NCBI GenBank assembly: GCA_964016885.1
Contig: OZ024741.1
Span: 227,106,001 to 227,170,000 of the forward strand
Source: Eledone cirrhosa
Lineage: Eukaryota
DNA: 64,000 bases
Reading direction: 5' to 3'
The number at the start of each line of letters is the position of its first letter. The stretch's first letter is position 1. Position numbers and translations under genes: made by a program. Positions 36,716-52,100 of the stretch are shown here, in pieces. Below the pieces are notes generated by a model that was given only the letters and a program-made list of their open reading frames with translations, was not told the DNA's origin and made no database searches.

Positions 36716-38189
36716 GGGCCCTATCATCAAGATGGCATTCTTTGCCAGCCTCTGCTACGTCTACATATCCATCTCATACAGGATTTTAGTTGGAGGGGAC
36801 ATGAAGGTTTGGGTTAACTTTTCATTTTCTGGAGTTCAACCTTTATGTAGGCCTGTAATGGTATATTATGTATAATGACGGAGCTTGGATCGGACAGCAC
36901 ACGCTGTCTTTTTCGGGGTGGTAAGTTTTGATTAATTTTTGTATTCCCAAACATCCAAATTCGACAAAAGTTTTGCCCCACTAGACTTTGCAAATAACCT
37001 GACAGAAGTTGTGAAAGTTGCATAAATATTTTTAGATATTCTCCCAATGCAATCGTTGTTGTTTACATTTTATTTACACCCTAACGCATTTTAATCAAAC
37101 ATGGCTAAATTTCAAATTTTGAAAAGAAAAGAAAACGGACAAATGAAATAAATACATTTCTCTACTTGCACCATCACAATAACAACTACATTCTCTCCCC
37201 ACCACCACATTCACACACTCAAATCAATCCCCAACCTATCCTTAGACTAAAGTCGACTGACCTGCTACCAAACTCCCTACTGTGCGTTGAATGTGTGTTG
37301 GTATATATATATATATGTATGTATATATATATATATATATCACTCAGTCAAAACGATCAACCAACAACATCTACAACAGCATCAGAACGAATACCAACAC
37401 CAATGTCTCCAACATCACCATCGGGAGGAAAAACAACAATCTCTACAACAACAGCACCAAACGATAAAAAGCCAAACATCAACTGCCACCACCACCATCA
37501 CCCAGTCAACGATCAAACCTTATGAAAACAACAACAACAACGATAAATCTAAATAACAACACACTAACAGCTTCAATTGTACCAACTCTTTCAAAAGACA
37601 ACAGTTGCTACATCTGTAGTATTAATAATTGTTTCTACTTTAGGCACAAGGCCAGCAATTAACCAGTGCATTACTGGTACTTTATTTTATCGACCCCGTA
37701 AGGATGAAAGGCAAAGTCAACCTCGGCGGGATTTGAACTCAGATCGTAAAGGGACGTAACTATGCTGGAAAGCTTGGCGTCCGACCCTCTACCGATACTG
37801 CCAATCCACCGCCCTCATCTGTAGTATTAATAATGGAAGTAATAAATATATGTGCATGTGTGAGTGGTCTGTGTGTGTTTGTATGCATGAGTGTTTGTGT
37901 GTGCGTCATACGTCAGATCGCTCTTGAGTGCTACTGGTAACATGTAACCCAGTACAACCTGTTGCATGGTCGGGTCGTCAGTGACTAAACCAGCAACCCA
38001 CCAAGCTTGCTTGGTGAGGAGGATGATTTTGGACACCCTGCGGGATGAAAAACAAAACCTGACAAAGGGCGGAAGAACTCATAATTGTCAACATCCAATA
38101 GTGTGTAAATTTGTATATTCTGTGTGAGGGTGGGTGTGCATGGGACTGATTGCACGCGTGTCTATGTATGTATGCAAAGGCTCAAATAC

Positions 38190-39125
38190 CATTGAGCCTG
38201 AGCAAAGGTAGATCATGCAGGCTCTCCCAGGCCACCAGCTTAGAGATGGAGTCCTAATGAGAAATACCAAGGAAAAGCTCCCAGAAACATGGAACAAGCA
38301 GCCAGAGGGTGCTTGGAAGTCCTACCAACAATGCCTCAACTGATGGACTAAATAGGAGCTGTCAGTAGCTTAAAAATGGCCTGTGCAGTCCTAGTGACGC
38401 GCATTTGTATCCAGCTATCAAAAAAGTGAACTATTCATTGATTTGCACCAGGGTTCAAGACCCCTGAAACTCACACCTCATCCTCTGAGACCAATGACAG
38501 ATCAGTCTTCAACCTAGACTCATCTAGGCAGACTGTTCTCAATAGAGCAGAAGGTAGATCAAAACCTCTCCTAAAGTGTAAACATCCCGCTCACTTTAGT
38601 TCATTCAACGTCAATACCCTTGGTCCCCTTGGAAGACTTGATGAGCTAGTACTGAGCACCAAATCCAATGCTATTGACATTATCAGTGTTCAAGAGCATA
38701 GACATTTCCATCCTGATGTAGACCTAAAGTTTACAAAATCTAACAATTTCCAGCTTGTCGCTGCCTCTGCAAACAAAAACTCCAATAACGCCACCATTGG
38801 TGGAGTTGGTATGCTTCTCTCAAGGGGGTGTGAGAACCTCATCAACATCGAAAAGATAGACGATAGAATAATGGTTGCCGAGTTCAATTCAAATCCTAAA
38901 CTCACATTTATATCTTGCTATAGCCCAACAAACAGCAGTGATGAAGAAACTGCCGCCAGTTTCTATCAGTCTCTGAGATCGGTCATTGAAAACGTCCCTG
39001 CCCATAATTTCTTTACTATTGCAGTCAACTTCAATGCCAAACTAGGCCCTGACGATGTAAAGTTCACCTTCAACACTGAAACAAACCGAAATGGTGAAAT
39101 GCTTCTCCAACTCCTTGACGAATTC
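38190..39125 (+). mobile_element. 5' fragment of an RTE-group LINE (APE endonuclease)
   Basis: FNVNTL, ISVQEHR, GGVGMLL, ISCYSPTN, NFNAKLG, NRNGEML; leader boundary approximate. Confidence 0.8.
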
Positions 39126-39314
39126 ATGCCACCTGTGTCCCCATTAGTGCTTTGGAAACCACAAGCAGTCACTAATAACAGGGCAAGCTCTTCTACCCTG
39201 ATGTCATCTCCAGAGATTCTGGTATTGAAATCCAGGACTTGGCAATTGCAACGAACGACAGACCCACGTGGAGATCAATTGTTGAGTCTATTTCAGCTGA
39301 GGCCGCCGGATTAA

Positions 39315-39480
39315 ATGAATGAAATGGTATATTGGTTCTACAGAAATGAATCTTCCTAATCATTCTGAAGAAGTCCTCCTCAAAGTGTTCAAGTAGGCTG
39401 TTGCTGGGTGATGCTTTAGTCGTCTTGAATCCAAACATCTCATCATTGGTAGATGCTACATCAGAGTGGTCGATAGCCAA
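39315..39480 (-). mobile_element. Probable Penelope-like ORF N-terminal fragment
   Basis: FGFKTTKASP..LLEHFEEDFFRMIRKIHF resembles PLE pre-RT region; lies next to an oppositely oriented pLTR-like repeat. Confidence 0.5.
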
Positions 39481-39711
39481 AGGAATATATGCTTAGAATG
39501 AACCCTTCAAGAGTATGGGTGTTCATGTGTATGTACGAGAGTGTGAATGTGAACCTTGACATTTATGTGTATCCTTGTATTATTATTATGTATATATATC
39601 TAAAAATATTTTTTTAATAGAATCCATGTTCTTTTAAACTCTTTGGCCAATGACCTCCACCCATCCCCAAAACCACCAGAAAACAAATACAACAGATTTA
39701 CAAGAACAGCT

Positions 39712-39763
39712 GGCTTTCCTGATGATTTCTTTTGAATGAAACAGTTCTAGTCATGTAGAAACC
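39712..39763 (+). ncRNA. Type-I hammerhead motif in pLTR-like repeat 39486-39780
   Basis: GGCTTTC-CTGATGA-TTTCTTTTGAAT-GAAA-CA-GTTCTAGTCA-TG-TA-GAAACC; AATAAA downstream. Confidence 0.75.
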
Positions 39764-40134
39764 ATTTCTATATAAATAAATAGCTACCATTTCTTTCATG
39801 CTTATACATATTGTGCATGTGTATATACACACATATATGCATACATATAGCTCAGAATGTAGCTGCTCAATACATATCAGATTCCTACACTTTTTCTTAT
39901 CTTTTAATCTCTATTTTTCTTATTCTAATTTGATAAAAGGTTTCACCTAAAACATCAGATCTCTTCCCTTTCTATTTGGCATAAATATTGTCCTTATGTT
40001 TATGTATATATTTTGTCAACCACATCCTTTTTTCACATTTTGTTTATCTGTCAAATTTTAACTTTGCTCCAATTTTTTTTTTTTTTTCTTTTGTCATTCA
40101 TACACACATACATGATATCACGATACTATCTACC

Positions 40135-41610
40135 TATGAAGCATGTAATGGCCAAAACACTATACAATGTAATTTGTAGAAAAGATAGTCCTGAGAATAA
40201 ACATAAAAAGTTAGTGATGTGGAGCACATATGCATACATATGAAAGAGTACTGGTGGAATGTTCCAGTCAAAACCTCAGTAAAATGGCAACATAACAGAA
40301 TAGATATAGTGATATGGGACAGAGAAAAGAGAGCATGCACAGTAATGGAACTCAGATGTCAATATAATGCTAAAGATTAGAGAAAAGGAGAACATTTATG
40401 CTGAACTAATGAAGAATCTGCAGATACTCTACCTTGACTATAACTTTAGAATTTGTACCCGTGGTCACTGGGGCTCTGGGATATGTTACTAATTACCTTA
40501 GTACAAATCTTGAGAAGGTGGCTTCACAGAACTAGAAAAAGCACAGCTAGTTAGGAAATTGCAAGTAGAGTCCATTAATGGAAGTGTAGAAGTATGTGTA
40601 GCGACCTACATTCCGTTGGCTCATAGATACATTCTCTGTGCGTTATTTGGCTCAGCTCAGCCAATCGCCGCCAGTGGAGGAGAATGTATCTCTACACGCC
40701 CTGAGGGAAAAATTCCCGCGTCAATTCTAGAAATCTGTCTCTTGCAGCTTTGACCGTGGAAAGGTAAACAACTATTTTTCTGTCACCGTGAAATCACTAG
40801 CCAATATGTAACACAACACTATAACCACGGCCCGGCCAACACTTCAGCCAGTAGACCGTGCCTTCTGAAATTTTAATTCGTTTGTTTCATTTGTTTCTGG
40901 CATGCCAGCTCTACTCACCTCAATCTTTGTAAATAAATTACATAAAAACGTTGTAAAGTCTTGTGATGCTATTACCACAGAGTGGAGTTTGGTGTTTGCT
41001 TGTTGGTATTGCAGGAAGCCGTATCAAAATAAAAATGTTTCCCCTTTTAGCAGGAATATGTATAATGATAGTAATATCACCAAGACTCACGTCTAGTCAC
41101 CAAGAAGAATTGAGGTTAGGCTGTAAGTCTCAGGTTCTGTTGCTGCTGTGATAATACCTCTGGAAGGAATCTTTCAATATCACATTTAAAGGCATTGCTG
41201 TGGTAATAGCATCACAAGACTTTACAACGTTTTTATGTAATTTATTTACAAAGATTGAGCTGAGTAGAGCTGGCATGCCAAAACAAATGAAACAAATTAA
41301 TTATGATTTCAGAAGGCACGGTCTACTGGCTGAAGTGTTGGCGAGGCCGTGGTTATATTGTTGTGTTACATATTGGCTAGTGATTTCACGGTGAAAGAAA
41401 AATAGTTGTTTACCTTTCCGTCAAAGCTGCAAGAGACAGATTTCTAGAATTGACGCAGGAATTTTTCCCCCAGGGCGTGTAGAGATACATTCTCTCCGCT
41501 GGCGGCGACTGGCTGAGCTGAGCCAAATAACGCACGGAGAATGTATCTATGAGCCCACGGAATGTAGGTCACTTCATATGTAAAACATTTCAGAAATTCA
41601 GCATGTAACA
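40135..41610 (+). mobile_element. 3' fragment of a REL-endonuclease LINE, split by the 40597-41576 element
   Basis: EYWWNVPVKT...HNRIDIVIWD, EKENIYAEL; frame EV|CKTF is restored when the insert and one TSD copy are removed. Confidence 0.7.
40597..41576. mobile_element. Non-autonomous element with ~380-bp terminal inverted repeats and 4-bp TSD (Ginger-like termini)
   Basis: Arms 40597-40980 / 41198-41576; ends TGTAGCGACCTACA ... TGTAGGTCACTTCA; TSD TATG (40593-40596 / 41577-41580); no credible ORF. Confidence 0.88.
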
Positions 41611-42477
41611 ACTACAAATACACATGTTTAGAAACAGAAACAGATGCATGTGTACACATATAACTCGAAACACGTCTACATATGCAATAACATCAATACT
41701 TACACACAAACAGACACATATTTATCAAGTCGGTGTCTAAATTCCAATGAAGGAGTTATATTTCTTATGTTTCAAAATGGTTCTCTTGCTATTGGTAAAA
41801 TTTTATAAAATAATAAAACCAGAATAACAATTATACATGGCTGCATTTCAATCTTGAGAATTGCCACATGTGTGGCATGAAAAAAAGAGCCTTTTTGGGC
41901 TATGACCAGCCAAGCTCATGCTTACACATATAAAAGTCGTTTAGATCAAGTGATGCCTGTGCTTGAAGCGTTTTCAAATGAAGAAAGGCCTTGCACTGGA
42001 CCAATCCCACTCTTTGAATAACTGACAAGCATCCAAAGAGAACAGATCAACATGACATCCAAACCAGGACTAGGGATATGTCACTCACTGTGGGCTTCCC
42101 ACGCGCTCAGGCACCAAACCAAGTATTTCCAAGACCCCACACATACATAGAATCACATCCAGCAGATTTCATACAGAGATTACAAAGACAGTTCCAGTAT
42201 AAAACAAAACCTCTTCAAATACCAGCAGATATACAAAGGAAATAGTTAACCATTTCATCACCATGTTTTCAACAAAATACACTCAGTTTCAGTTGATTAA
42301 TTAACTATTTTGAGTTATTTATTAATATTAATTATTACATTACGAAGACAGTAACTTAACATATGGTACTTATATAAAATTATGTTGGAAGATTGTTTTT
42401 TTTTTAAAATATGAACCATTTAAAATGGATCTTTGTTTTATAGAACCAAGGTTGGGTTTTGGCAAGTAATGGTTAAA

Positions 42478-42610
42478 CTACACCACATCGTACAGTGAGA
42501 ATTACATTATAGTAAAAAACACACCACATCTTAAGTCAGAGGTACATTATAGTTAAACCACACCACACTATACAGTTAGAAGTAGTATACTATAGGAAAA
42601 ATACACCATA
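42478..42610. repeat. Degenerate ~40-bp tandem repeat in the presumed SPC25 3' UTR
   Basis: ACACCACA...TACATTATAGT unit, about 3.5 copies. Confidence 0.6.
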
Positions 42611-42689
42611 CACACTTCATGTGTAAAGTTCACTACAGTGGAAATACTCCAGCTTCTTAAGATCCACAGTACATTAAAGTGAAAACAAA

Positions 42690-42811
42690 TTAGTGACACA
42701 GACTTTTGAAGGCTTTCCTCATAGAAAGAACGTAACCACTAAAATTATTGGTAACATTCAACTGCTCAACAAGTTCCTCTAAATTTGGAATCGCAGGGTG
42801 ACAGTTGTGAA
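42690..42811 (-). CDS. SPC25: Kinetochore protein Spc25 (NDC80 complex), last coding exon
   Basis: Acceptor TTTTCTTTGCAG; encodes (V)HNCHPAIPNLEELVEQLNVTNNFSGYVLSMRKAFKSLCH*, matching the Spc25 C-terminal P.L..L...TNNFS.F....RKAF pattern; phase fits the upstream exon. Confidence 0.87.
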
Positions 42812-42892
42812 CTGCAAAGAAAAGACTTTCAATTAAAAACGGAAAAATTAATATTTGAAAAATATTATTCATACAACATACTACACACAACT

Positions 42893-43050
42893 AACACCAT
42901 AGCTACAACATACTGCACCACAAACAGCACCTTAGCGACAACATACTTCACCTCAACACCATAGCTACAACAAACTGCACCACAAACAGCACCTTCGCTA
43001 CAACATACTACACCACAACACCATAGCTACAGCATATTACACTATAACAC
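42893..43050. repeat. ~62-bp tandem repeat leading into the satellite
   Basis: AACACCATAGCTACA recurs at 42893, 42955 and ~43017. Confidence 0.8.
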
Positions 43051-43199
43051 CAGTACCATAACACAACAGAGAACACCACAGCACTACCAGCATTATCATC
43101 ACAGCCAGCTCCATGACACTACCAGCAACACCATTATCACCACTGCCACCAACAGCTAATACAACACCACAACCATTGCCACAGCACCATTACCACCAT

Positions 43200-46100
43200 A
43201 GCCAGTACCACAGTCAATACAACACCATCACCACTGTACTATCAACACTGCTATCACCACAGTTTTATCACCACCGAACTATCAACACCACTATCACAAA
43301 CAGTACTTTCAACACCACTATCACCACGGAACTATCAACACCGCTATCACCACAGTGCTATCAACAGCACTATCACCACAGTACTGTCTAGACCAATATC
43401 ACCAAACTACTATCAAGACCACTATCAACACCACCATCACCAGAGTACTATCAACACCACTATACCACAGTACTATCAACGGTACTATCAACACCACTAT
43501 CACCACAGAACTATTAACACCACTATCACCACAGAACTATTAACACCACTATCATCACAGAACTATCAACACCACTATCACCACAGAACTATCAACACCA
43601 TTATCACCACAGTACTATCACCACAGAACTATCAACACCACTATCACCAGAGTACTATCAACACCACTATCTCCACAGTACTATCAACACCACTATCACC
43701 AGAGTACTATCAACACCACTATCTCCACAGTACTATCAACATCACTATCACCAGAGTACTATCACCACAATACTATCAACACCACTATCACCACAGTACT
43801 ATCAACACCACTATCACCAAAGTAATATCAACACGACTATCACCACAGTTATATCAACACCACTATCACCACAGTACTATCAACACCACCATCACCACCA
43901 ATATCAGCACAGTACTATCAACACCACTATCACCATAGTACTATCAATACCACTATCACCACAGTACTATCAATACCACTATCACCACAGTACTATCAAC
44001 ACCACCATCACCAGAGTACTATCACCACCACTATCACCACAGTACTATCAACACCACTATCACCAGAGTACTATCAGCACCACTATCACCGGAGTAATAT
44101 CAACACCACTATCACCAGAGTAATATCAACACCACTATCACCAGAGTACTATCAACACCACTTTCACCAGAGTACTATCACCACAGTACTATCAACACCA
44201 CTATGGCCACAGTACTATCAACAGCACCATCCCCACAGTACTATCAACACCACTATCACCAGAGTACTATCAACACCATTATCACCACAGTAGTATCAAC
44301 ACAACTATCACCTGGGTACTATCACATGGTACTATCAACACCACTATCACCACAGTACTATCAACAACACTATCACCACAGTACTATCAACACCGCTATC
44401 ACCACATTATTATCGACAGCACAATCACCAGAGTACTATCAACATCACCAGAGTGCCGTCACCACCACTATCAGCACAATACTATCAAAACCACTATCAC
44501 TACAGTACTATCAACACCACCATCGCCAGAGTACTATCAACGCCACCAACACCAATATCAGCACAGTACTATCAACACCTCTATCACCACAGTACTATCA
44601 ACACCGCTATCACCACATTATTATCAACAGCACAATCACCAGAGTACTATCAACATCACCAGAGTGCCGTCACCACCACTATCACCACAGTACTATCAAT
44701 ACCACTATCAGCACAGTACTATCAACACCACCATCACGAGAGTACTATCAACAGCACCATCACCAGAGTACTATCAACACCACTATCTCCACAGTAGTAT
44801 CAACACCACTATCACCACAGTACTATCAGCACTACTATCACCAGATTACTATCAACACCACTATCACCACAGTACTATCACCACGGTACTATCAACACAA
44901 CTATCACCACAGTACGATCAACAGCACCATCACTACAGTACTATAAACACCATTATCACCAGACTACTATCACTACAGTAGTATCAACACCACTATCACC
45001 ACAGTAGTATCAACACCACTATCACCAGAGTACTATTAACACCACTTTTACCAGAGTACTATCAACACCACTATCACCACAGTACTATCAACACCACTAT
45101 GACCACAGTACTATCAACAGCACCATCCCCACAGTACTATCAACACCACAATCCCCACAGTACTATCACCACAGTACTATCAACACCACTATCACCACAG
45201 TACTATCAACACCATCACCAGAGTACTATCAACATCACTATCACCAGAGTACTATCAACATCACTATCACCAGAGTACTATCAACAACACCATCACCACA
45301 GTACTATCAACACCACTATCACCAAAGTACTGTCAACACCACTATCACCAGAATACTATCTACACCATCACCAGAGTACTATCAACACCACTATCACCAC
45401 AATACTATCACCATAGTAATATCAACACCACTCTCACCACAGTACTATCATCACCACTATCACCAGAATACTATCTGCACCACTATCACAAGAGTACTAT
45501 CAACACCACTATCACCAATGTACTATCAACACCACTATCACCACCACCATCACCACAGTACTATTAACACACCTATCACCACGTAACTATCAACAACACC
45601 ATCACCACAGTACTATCAACACCACTATCACCAAAGTACTGTCAACACCACTATCACCACAGTATTATCAACACCACAGTACTATCAACACCACTATCAC
45701 CACTGTAGTATCAACACTACTATCACCAGAGTACTATCACCACAGTACTATCAACACTATCAACACCACTATCGCCAGGGTACTATCACCACCAGTATCA
45801 CCATGGTACTATAAATACCATTATCCCCACAGTAGTATCAAGAGCACTATCACCACGGTACTATCAACACCACCATCACCACAGTACTATAAACACCATT
45901 ATCACCAGACCACTGTCACTACAGTAGTATCAACACCACTATCACCAGAGTACTATCAACATCACTATCACCGCAGTACTATCAACACCACTATCACCAG
46001 AATACTATCTACACCACTATCACCAGAGTACTATCAACACCACTATCACCAGAGTACTATAAACACCACCATCACCAGAGTTCTATCACCACCACTACTA

Positions 46101-49100
46101 TCAACACCACTATCACCACATAACTATCAAGAACACCATCACCACCACTATCACCAAAGTACTGTCAACACCACTATCACCACAGTATTATCAACACCAC
46201 TATCACCACAATACTATCAACACCACTATTACCACAGTAGTATCAACACCACTATCACCAGAGTACTATCAACACCACTATCACCACAGTACTATCAACA
46301 CCACTATCACCACAGTACTATCAAACACCACTATCACCACACTACTATCAACACCACTTTCACCAGAGTACTATCAACACCGCTATCACCACAGTAGTTC
46401 CAACAGCACCATACCCACACTATTATCAACATCACTATCACCAGAGTACTATCAACATCACCATCACCAGAGTGCTGTCACCACCACTATCAGCACAATA
46501 CTATCAAAACCACTATCAATACAGTACTATCAACTTTACCAGAGTACTATCAACACACCATCACCAGAGTACTATCAACACCACTATCATCAGAGTACTA
46601 TCACCACAGTACTATCAACACCACTATCAGCACAGTACTATCAACACCACTATCACCACAGTACTATCAACACTACTATCACCACAGTACTATCAACACT
46701 ACTATCACCACAGTACTATCAACACCACTATCACAACAGTACTATTAACACCACTATCACCGCAGTAGTATCAACACCACTAACACCAGAGTACTATCAA
46801 CACCACTATCAGCACAGTAGTATCACTACAATACTATCAACACCAGTATCACCAGACCACTATCACCACAGTAGTATCAACACCACTATTGCCAGGGTAC
46901 TATCACCACCAGTTCCACCACAGTATTATCAACACCACCATCACCCCAGTTCTATCAACACCACTATCACCAGAGTGCTGTCACCACCACTATCAGCACA
47001 ATACTATCAAAACCACTATCACTACAGTACTATCAACACCTCCATCACCAGAGTACTATGAACACACCATCACCAGAGTATTATCACCACCACTATCACC
47101 AGAGTACTATGACCACAGTACTATCAACACCATTATCACCACAGTACTATAAACACCACTATCACCACAGTACTATCAACAACACTATTACCACAGTAGT
47201 ATCAACACCACTATCACCACAGTACTATCAACACCACTATCACGGCAATAGTATCACCAGAGTACTATAAACACCACTATCACCACAGTACTATCAACAC
47301 CATCACCAGAGTACTATCAACACCACTATCACCAAAGTACTATCAACACCACTATCACCAAAGTACTATCAACACCACTATCACCACAGTACTATCAACA
47401 CCACCATCACCGGAGTTCTATCACCACCACTATCACCACAGTACTATCAACCCCACCATCACCAGAGTACTATCAACACCACCATCACAAGAGTACTATC
47501 AACACCACTATCACCAGAGTACTATCAACACCACTATCACCACAGTACTATCAACACCATCACCAGAGTACTATCAACATCACTATCACCACAGTACTAT
47601 CAACACCACTATCACCAGAATACTATCTACACCACTATCACCAGAGTACTATCAACACCACCATCACCAGTGTTCTATCACCACCACTATCACCACAGTA
47701 CTATCAACCCCACCATCACCAGAGTACTATCAACACCACCATCACCAGAGAACTATCAACACCACCATCACCAGAGAACTATCAACACCACCATCACCAG
47801 AGTACTATCAACACCACCATCACCAGAGTACTATCAACACCACTATCACCACAGTGGTATCAACACCACTATCACCACAGTACTGTCAACACCACTATCA
47901 CCACAGTACTATCAACACCAGTATCACTGAAGTACGATCATAACCACCATCACCACAGTACTATCATACACCACTATCTCCACAGTACTATCATCACCAC
48001 TTTCACCAGAGTACTATCAACACCACTATCACCACAGTAGTATCAACACCGCTATCACCACAGTGGTTCCTACAGCACCATCCCCACACTATCAACACCA
48101 CTATCACCAGAGTACTATCAACACACCATCACCAGAGTATTATCAACACCACTATCACCAGAGTACTATCACCACAGTACTATCACCACAGTACTATCAA
48201 CACCACTATCACAACAGTACTATCAACACCACTATTACCACAGTAGTATCAACACCACTATCACCAGTTTTCTATCAACACCACTATCACCACAGTACTA
48301 TCGACACCACTATCACCACAGTACTATAGACACCACTATCACCACAATAGTATCACCAGAGTACTATAAACACCACTATCACCACAGTACTATCAACACC
48401 AATATCACCACAGTACTATCAACACCATCACCAGAGTACTATCAACATCACTATCACCGCAGTACTATCAACACCACTATCACCAGAATACTATCTACAC
48501 CACTATCACCACAGTACTATGAACACCACTATCACCACAGTACTATCAACACCACCACCACCACTACTATCAACACCACTATCACCACAGTAGTTCCAAC
48601 AGCACCATCCCCACACTACTATCAACATCACTATCACCAGAGTACTATCAACACACCATCACCAGAGTATTATCAACACCACTATCACCAGAGTACTATC
48701 ACCACAGTACTATCAACACCATTATCACCACAGTACTATCAACACAACTATCACCACAGTACTATCAACACCACTATTACCACAATAGTATCAACACCAT
48801 TATCACCAGATTTCTACTGTCACCACAGTACTATCGACACCACTATCACCACAGTACTATCAACACCACTCACACCAGAGTACTATCAACACCACCATCA
48901 CCACAATACTATCAACACCACTATCACAACGGTACTATCAACAGCACCATCCCCACACTACTATCAACACCACTATCACCTGAGTACTATCAACATCACC
49001 ACCACCAGAGTGCTGTCACCACCACTATCAGCACAATACTATCAAAACCACTATCACTACAGTACTATCAACACCACTATCAGCACAGTACTATCAAGAC

Positions 49101-52100
49101 CACTATCATCACAGTACTATCAACACCACTATCACCACAGTACTATCAACACCACTAACACCAGAGTACTATCAGCACAGTAGTATCAACACCACTATCA
49201 CCACAGTAGTATCAACACCACTATTGCCAGGGTACTATCACCACCAGTACCACCACGGTACTATGAACACCACTATCACCACGGTACTATCAACAGCATC
49301 ATCCCCACACTACTATCAACACCACTATCACTAGAGTACTATCAACATCACCATCACCAGAGTGCTGTCACCACCACTATCAGCACAATACTATCAAAAC
49401 CACTATCACTACAGTACTATTAACACCACCATCACCAGAGTACTATCAACACACCATCACCAGAATACTATCACCACAGTACTATCAACACCACTATCAC
49501 CACAGTACTATCAATACCAGTATCACCAGACCACTATCACCACAGTAGTATCAACACCACTATCGCCAGGGTACTATCACCACCAGCACCACCACGGTAC
49601 TATCAACACTACACTCACCCCAGTTCTATCAACACCACTGTCACCACGGTACTATCAACAGCACCATCCCCACACTACTATCAACGCCACTATCACTAGA
49701 GGACTATCAACATTACCATCACCAGAGTGCTGTCACCACCACTATCAGCACAATACTATCAAAACCACTATCACTACAGTACTATCAACACCACCATCAC
49801 CACCACTATCACCACAGTACTATCAACACCACTACCACCACAGTACTGTCAACACCACTATCACCACAGTAGTATCAACACCACTATCACCAGAGTACTA
49901 TAAACACCACTATCACCACAGTACTATCAACACCACTATCACCACAATACTATCAACACCATCACCAGAGTACTATCAACATCACTATCACCGCAGTACT
50001 ATTAACACCAGTATCACCGAAGTACTATCAACACCACTATCACCACAATACTATCAACACCATCACCAGAGTACTATCAACATCACTATCACCGCAGTAC
50101 TATTAACACCAGTATCACCGAAGTACTATCATCACCACTTTCACCAGAGTACTATCAACACCACTATCACCACAGTACTATCAACACGGCTATCACCACA
50201 GTAGTTCCAAAAGCACCATCCCCACACTACTATCAACGCCACTATCACTAGAGTACTATCAACATTACCATCACCAGAGTGCTGTCACCACCACTATCAG
50301 CACAATACTATCAAAACCACTATCACTACAGTACTATCAACATCACCAGAGTACTATCAACACCACTATCACCACAGTACTATCGACACCACTATCACCA
50401 CAGTACTATCGACACCACTATCACCACAATAGTATCACCAGAGTACTATAAACACCACTATCACCACAGTACTATCAACACCATCACCATCACCGCAGTA
50501 CTATCAACACCACTATCACATGAATACTATCTTCACCACTATCACCAGAGTACTATCAACACCACTATCACCAAAGTACTATCAACACCACTAAAACCAC
50601 AGTACTATCAACACCACTATCTCCACAGTAGTATCAACACCACTATCGCCACAGTAGTATCAGCACCACTATCACCAGAGTACTATCAACACAACTTTCA
50701 CCGCAGTACTATCAACACCACTATCACCACAGTACTATCAACACCATTATTACCATCATACTATCAACAGCACCATCCCCATAGTACTATCAACACCACC
50801 ATCCCCACAGTACTATCAACACCAGTATCACCATAGTGCTATCAACACCATTATCAACACAACTAACACCAGGGTACTATCGACACCACTATCACCACAG
50901 TACTATCAACACCAGTATCACCGAAGTACAATCAAAACCACCATCACCACAGTACGATCAACACCACTATTACGACAGTACTATCAACACAGTACTATCA
51001 ACAACACTTTCACCAGAGTACTATCAACACCACTATCAACACAGTACTATCAACAACACTTTCACCAGAGTACTATCAACACCACTATCACCACAGCACT
51101 ATCAACACCGCTATCACCACAGTACTATCAACACCACTATCACCAGAGTACTATAAACATCACCAGAGTGCTGTCACCACCACTATCAGCACAATACTAT
51201 CAAAACCACTATCACTACAGTACTATCAACACCACCATCACCAGAGTACTATCAACACCACCATCACCAGAGTACTATCAACACACCATCACCAGAGTAC
51301 TATCAACACACCATCACCAGAGTACTATCAACACACCATCACCAGAGTACTATCAACACCACTATCACCACAGTACTATCAACAGCAGTATCACCACAGT
51401 ACTATCAACACCAATATCATCACAGTACTATCAACACCACTATCACCACAGTAGTATCAACACCACTATCGCCAGGGTACTATCGCCACCAGTATCACCA
51501 GGGTACTATCGCCACCAGTATCACCACGGTACTATCAACACCACCATCACCCCAGTTCTATCAAAACCACTATCACCAGAGTACTATCAACACCACTATC
51601 ACCAGAGTACTATCAACACCATTATCGCCGCAGTAGTATCAACAGCACTATCACCATGATATACTATCAACACCACCATCACCACAGTACTATCACCACC
51701 ACTATCACAACAGTACTATTAACACCACTATCACCACAGCAGTATCAACATCACTATCACCACCACTATCATCACAGTACTATCAACACCACTATCACCA
51801 AAGTAGTATCAACACAACTATCACCACCAGTATCACCAGAGTACTATCAACACCACCATCACCCGAGTACTATCAACACCATTATCACCACAGTACTATC
51901 AACACCACCATCACCAGAGTACTATCAACACCACTATCACCACAGTACTATCAACATCACTCTCACCACAGTACTATCAACACCACTATCACCGAAGTAC
52001 TATCAAAACCACTATCACCAGAGTACTATCAAAACCACTATCACCAGAGTACTATCAACAGCAGTATCACCACAGTACTATCAACACCATTATCATCAGA

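Noticed and set aside
38190-38265. Possible HDV-like ribozyme in the RTE leader (ends CTAA)
   Set aside because: Could not assemble P1/P1.1/P2/P3 consistently by eye.
39920-39962. TTGATAA-AAGGTTTCACCT-AAAACATCAGA as a decayed hammerhead
   Set aside because: Three or more core mismatches; too weak to call.
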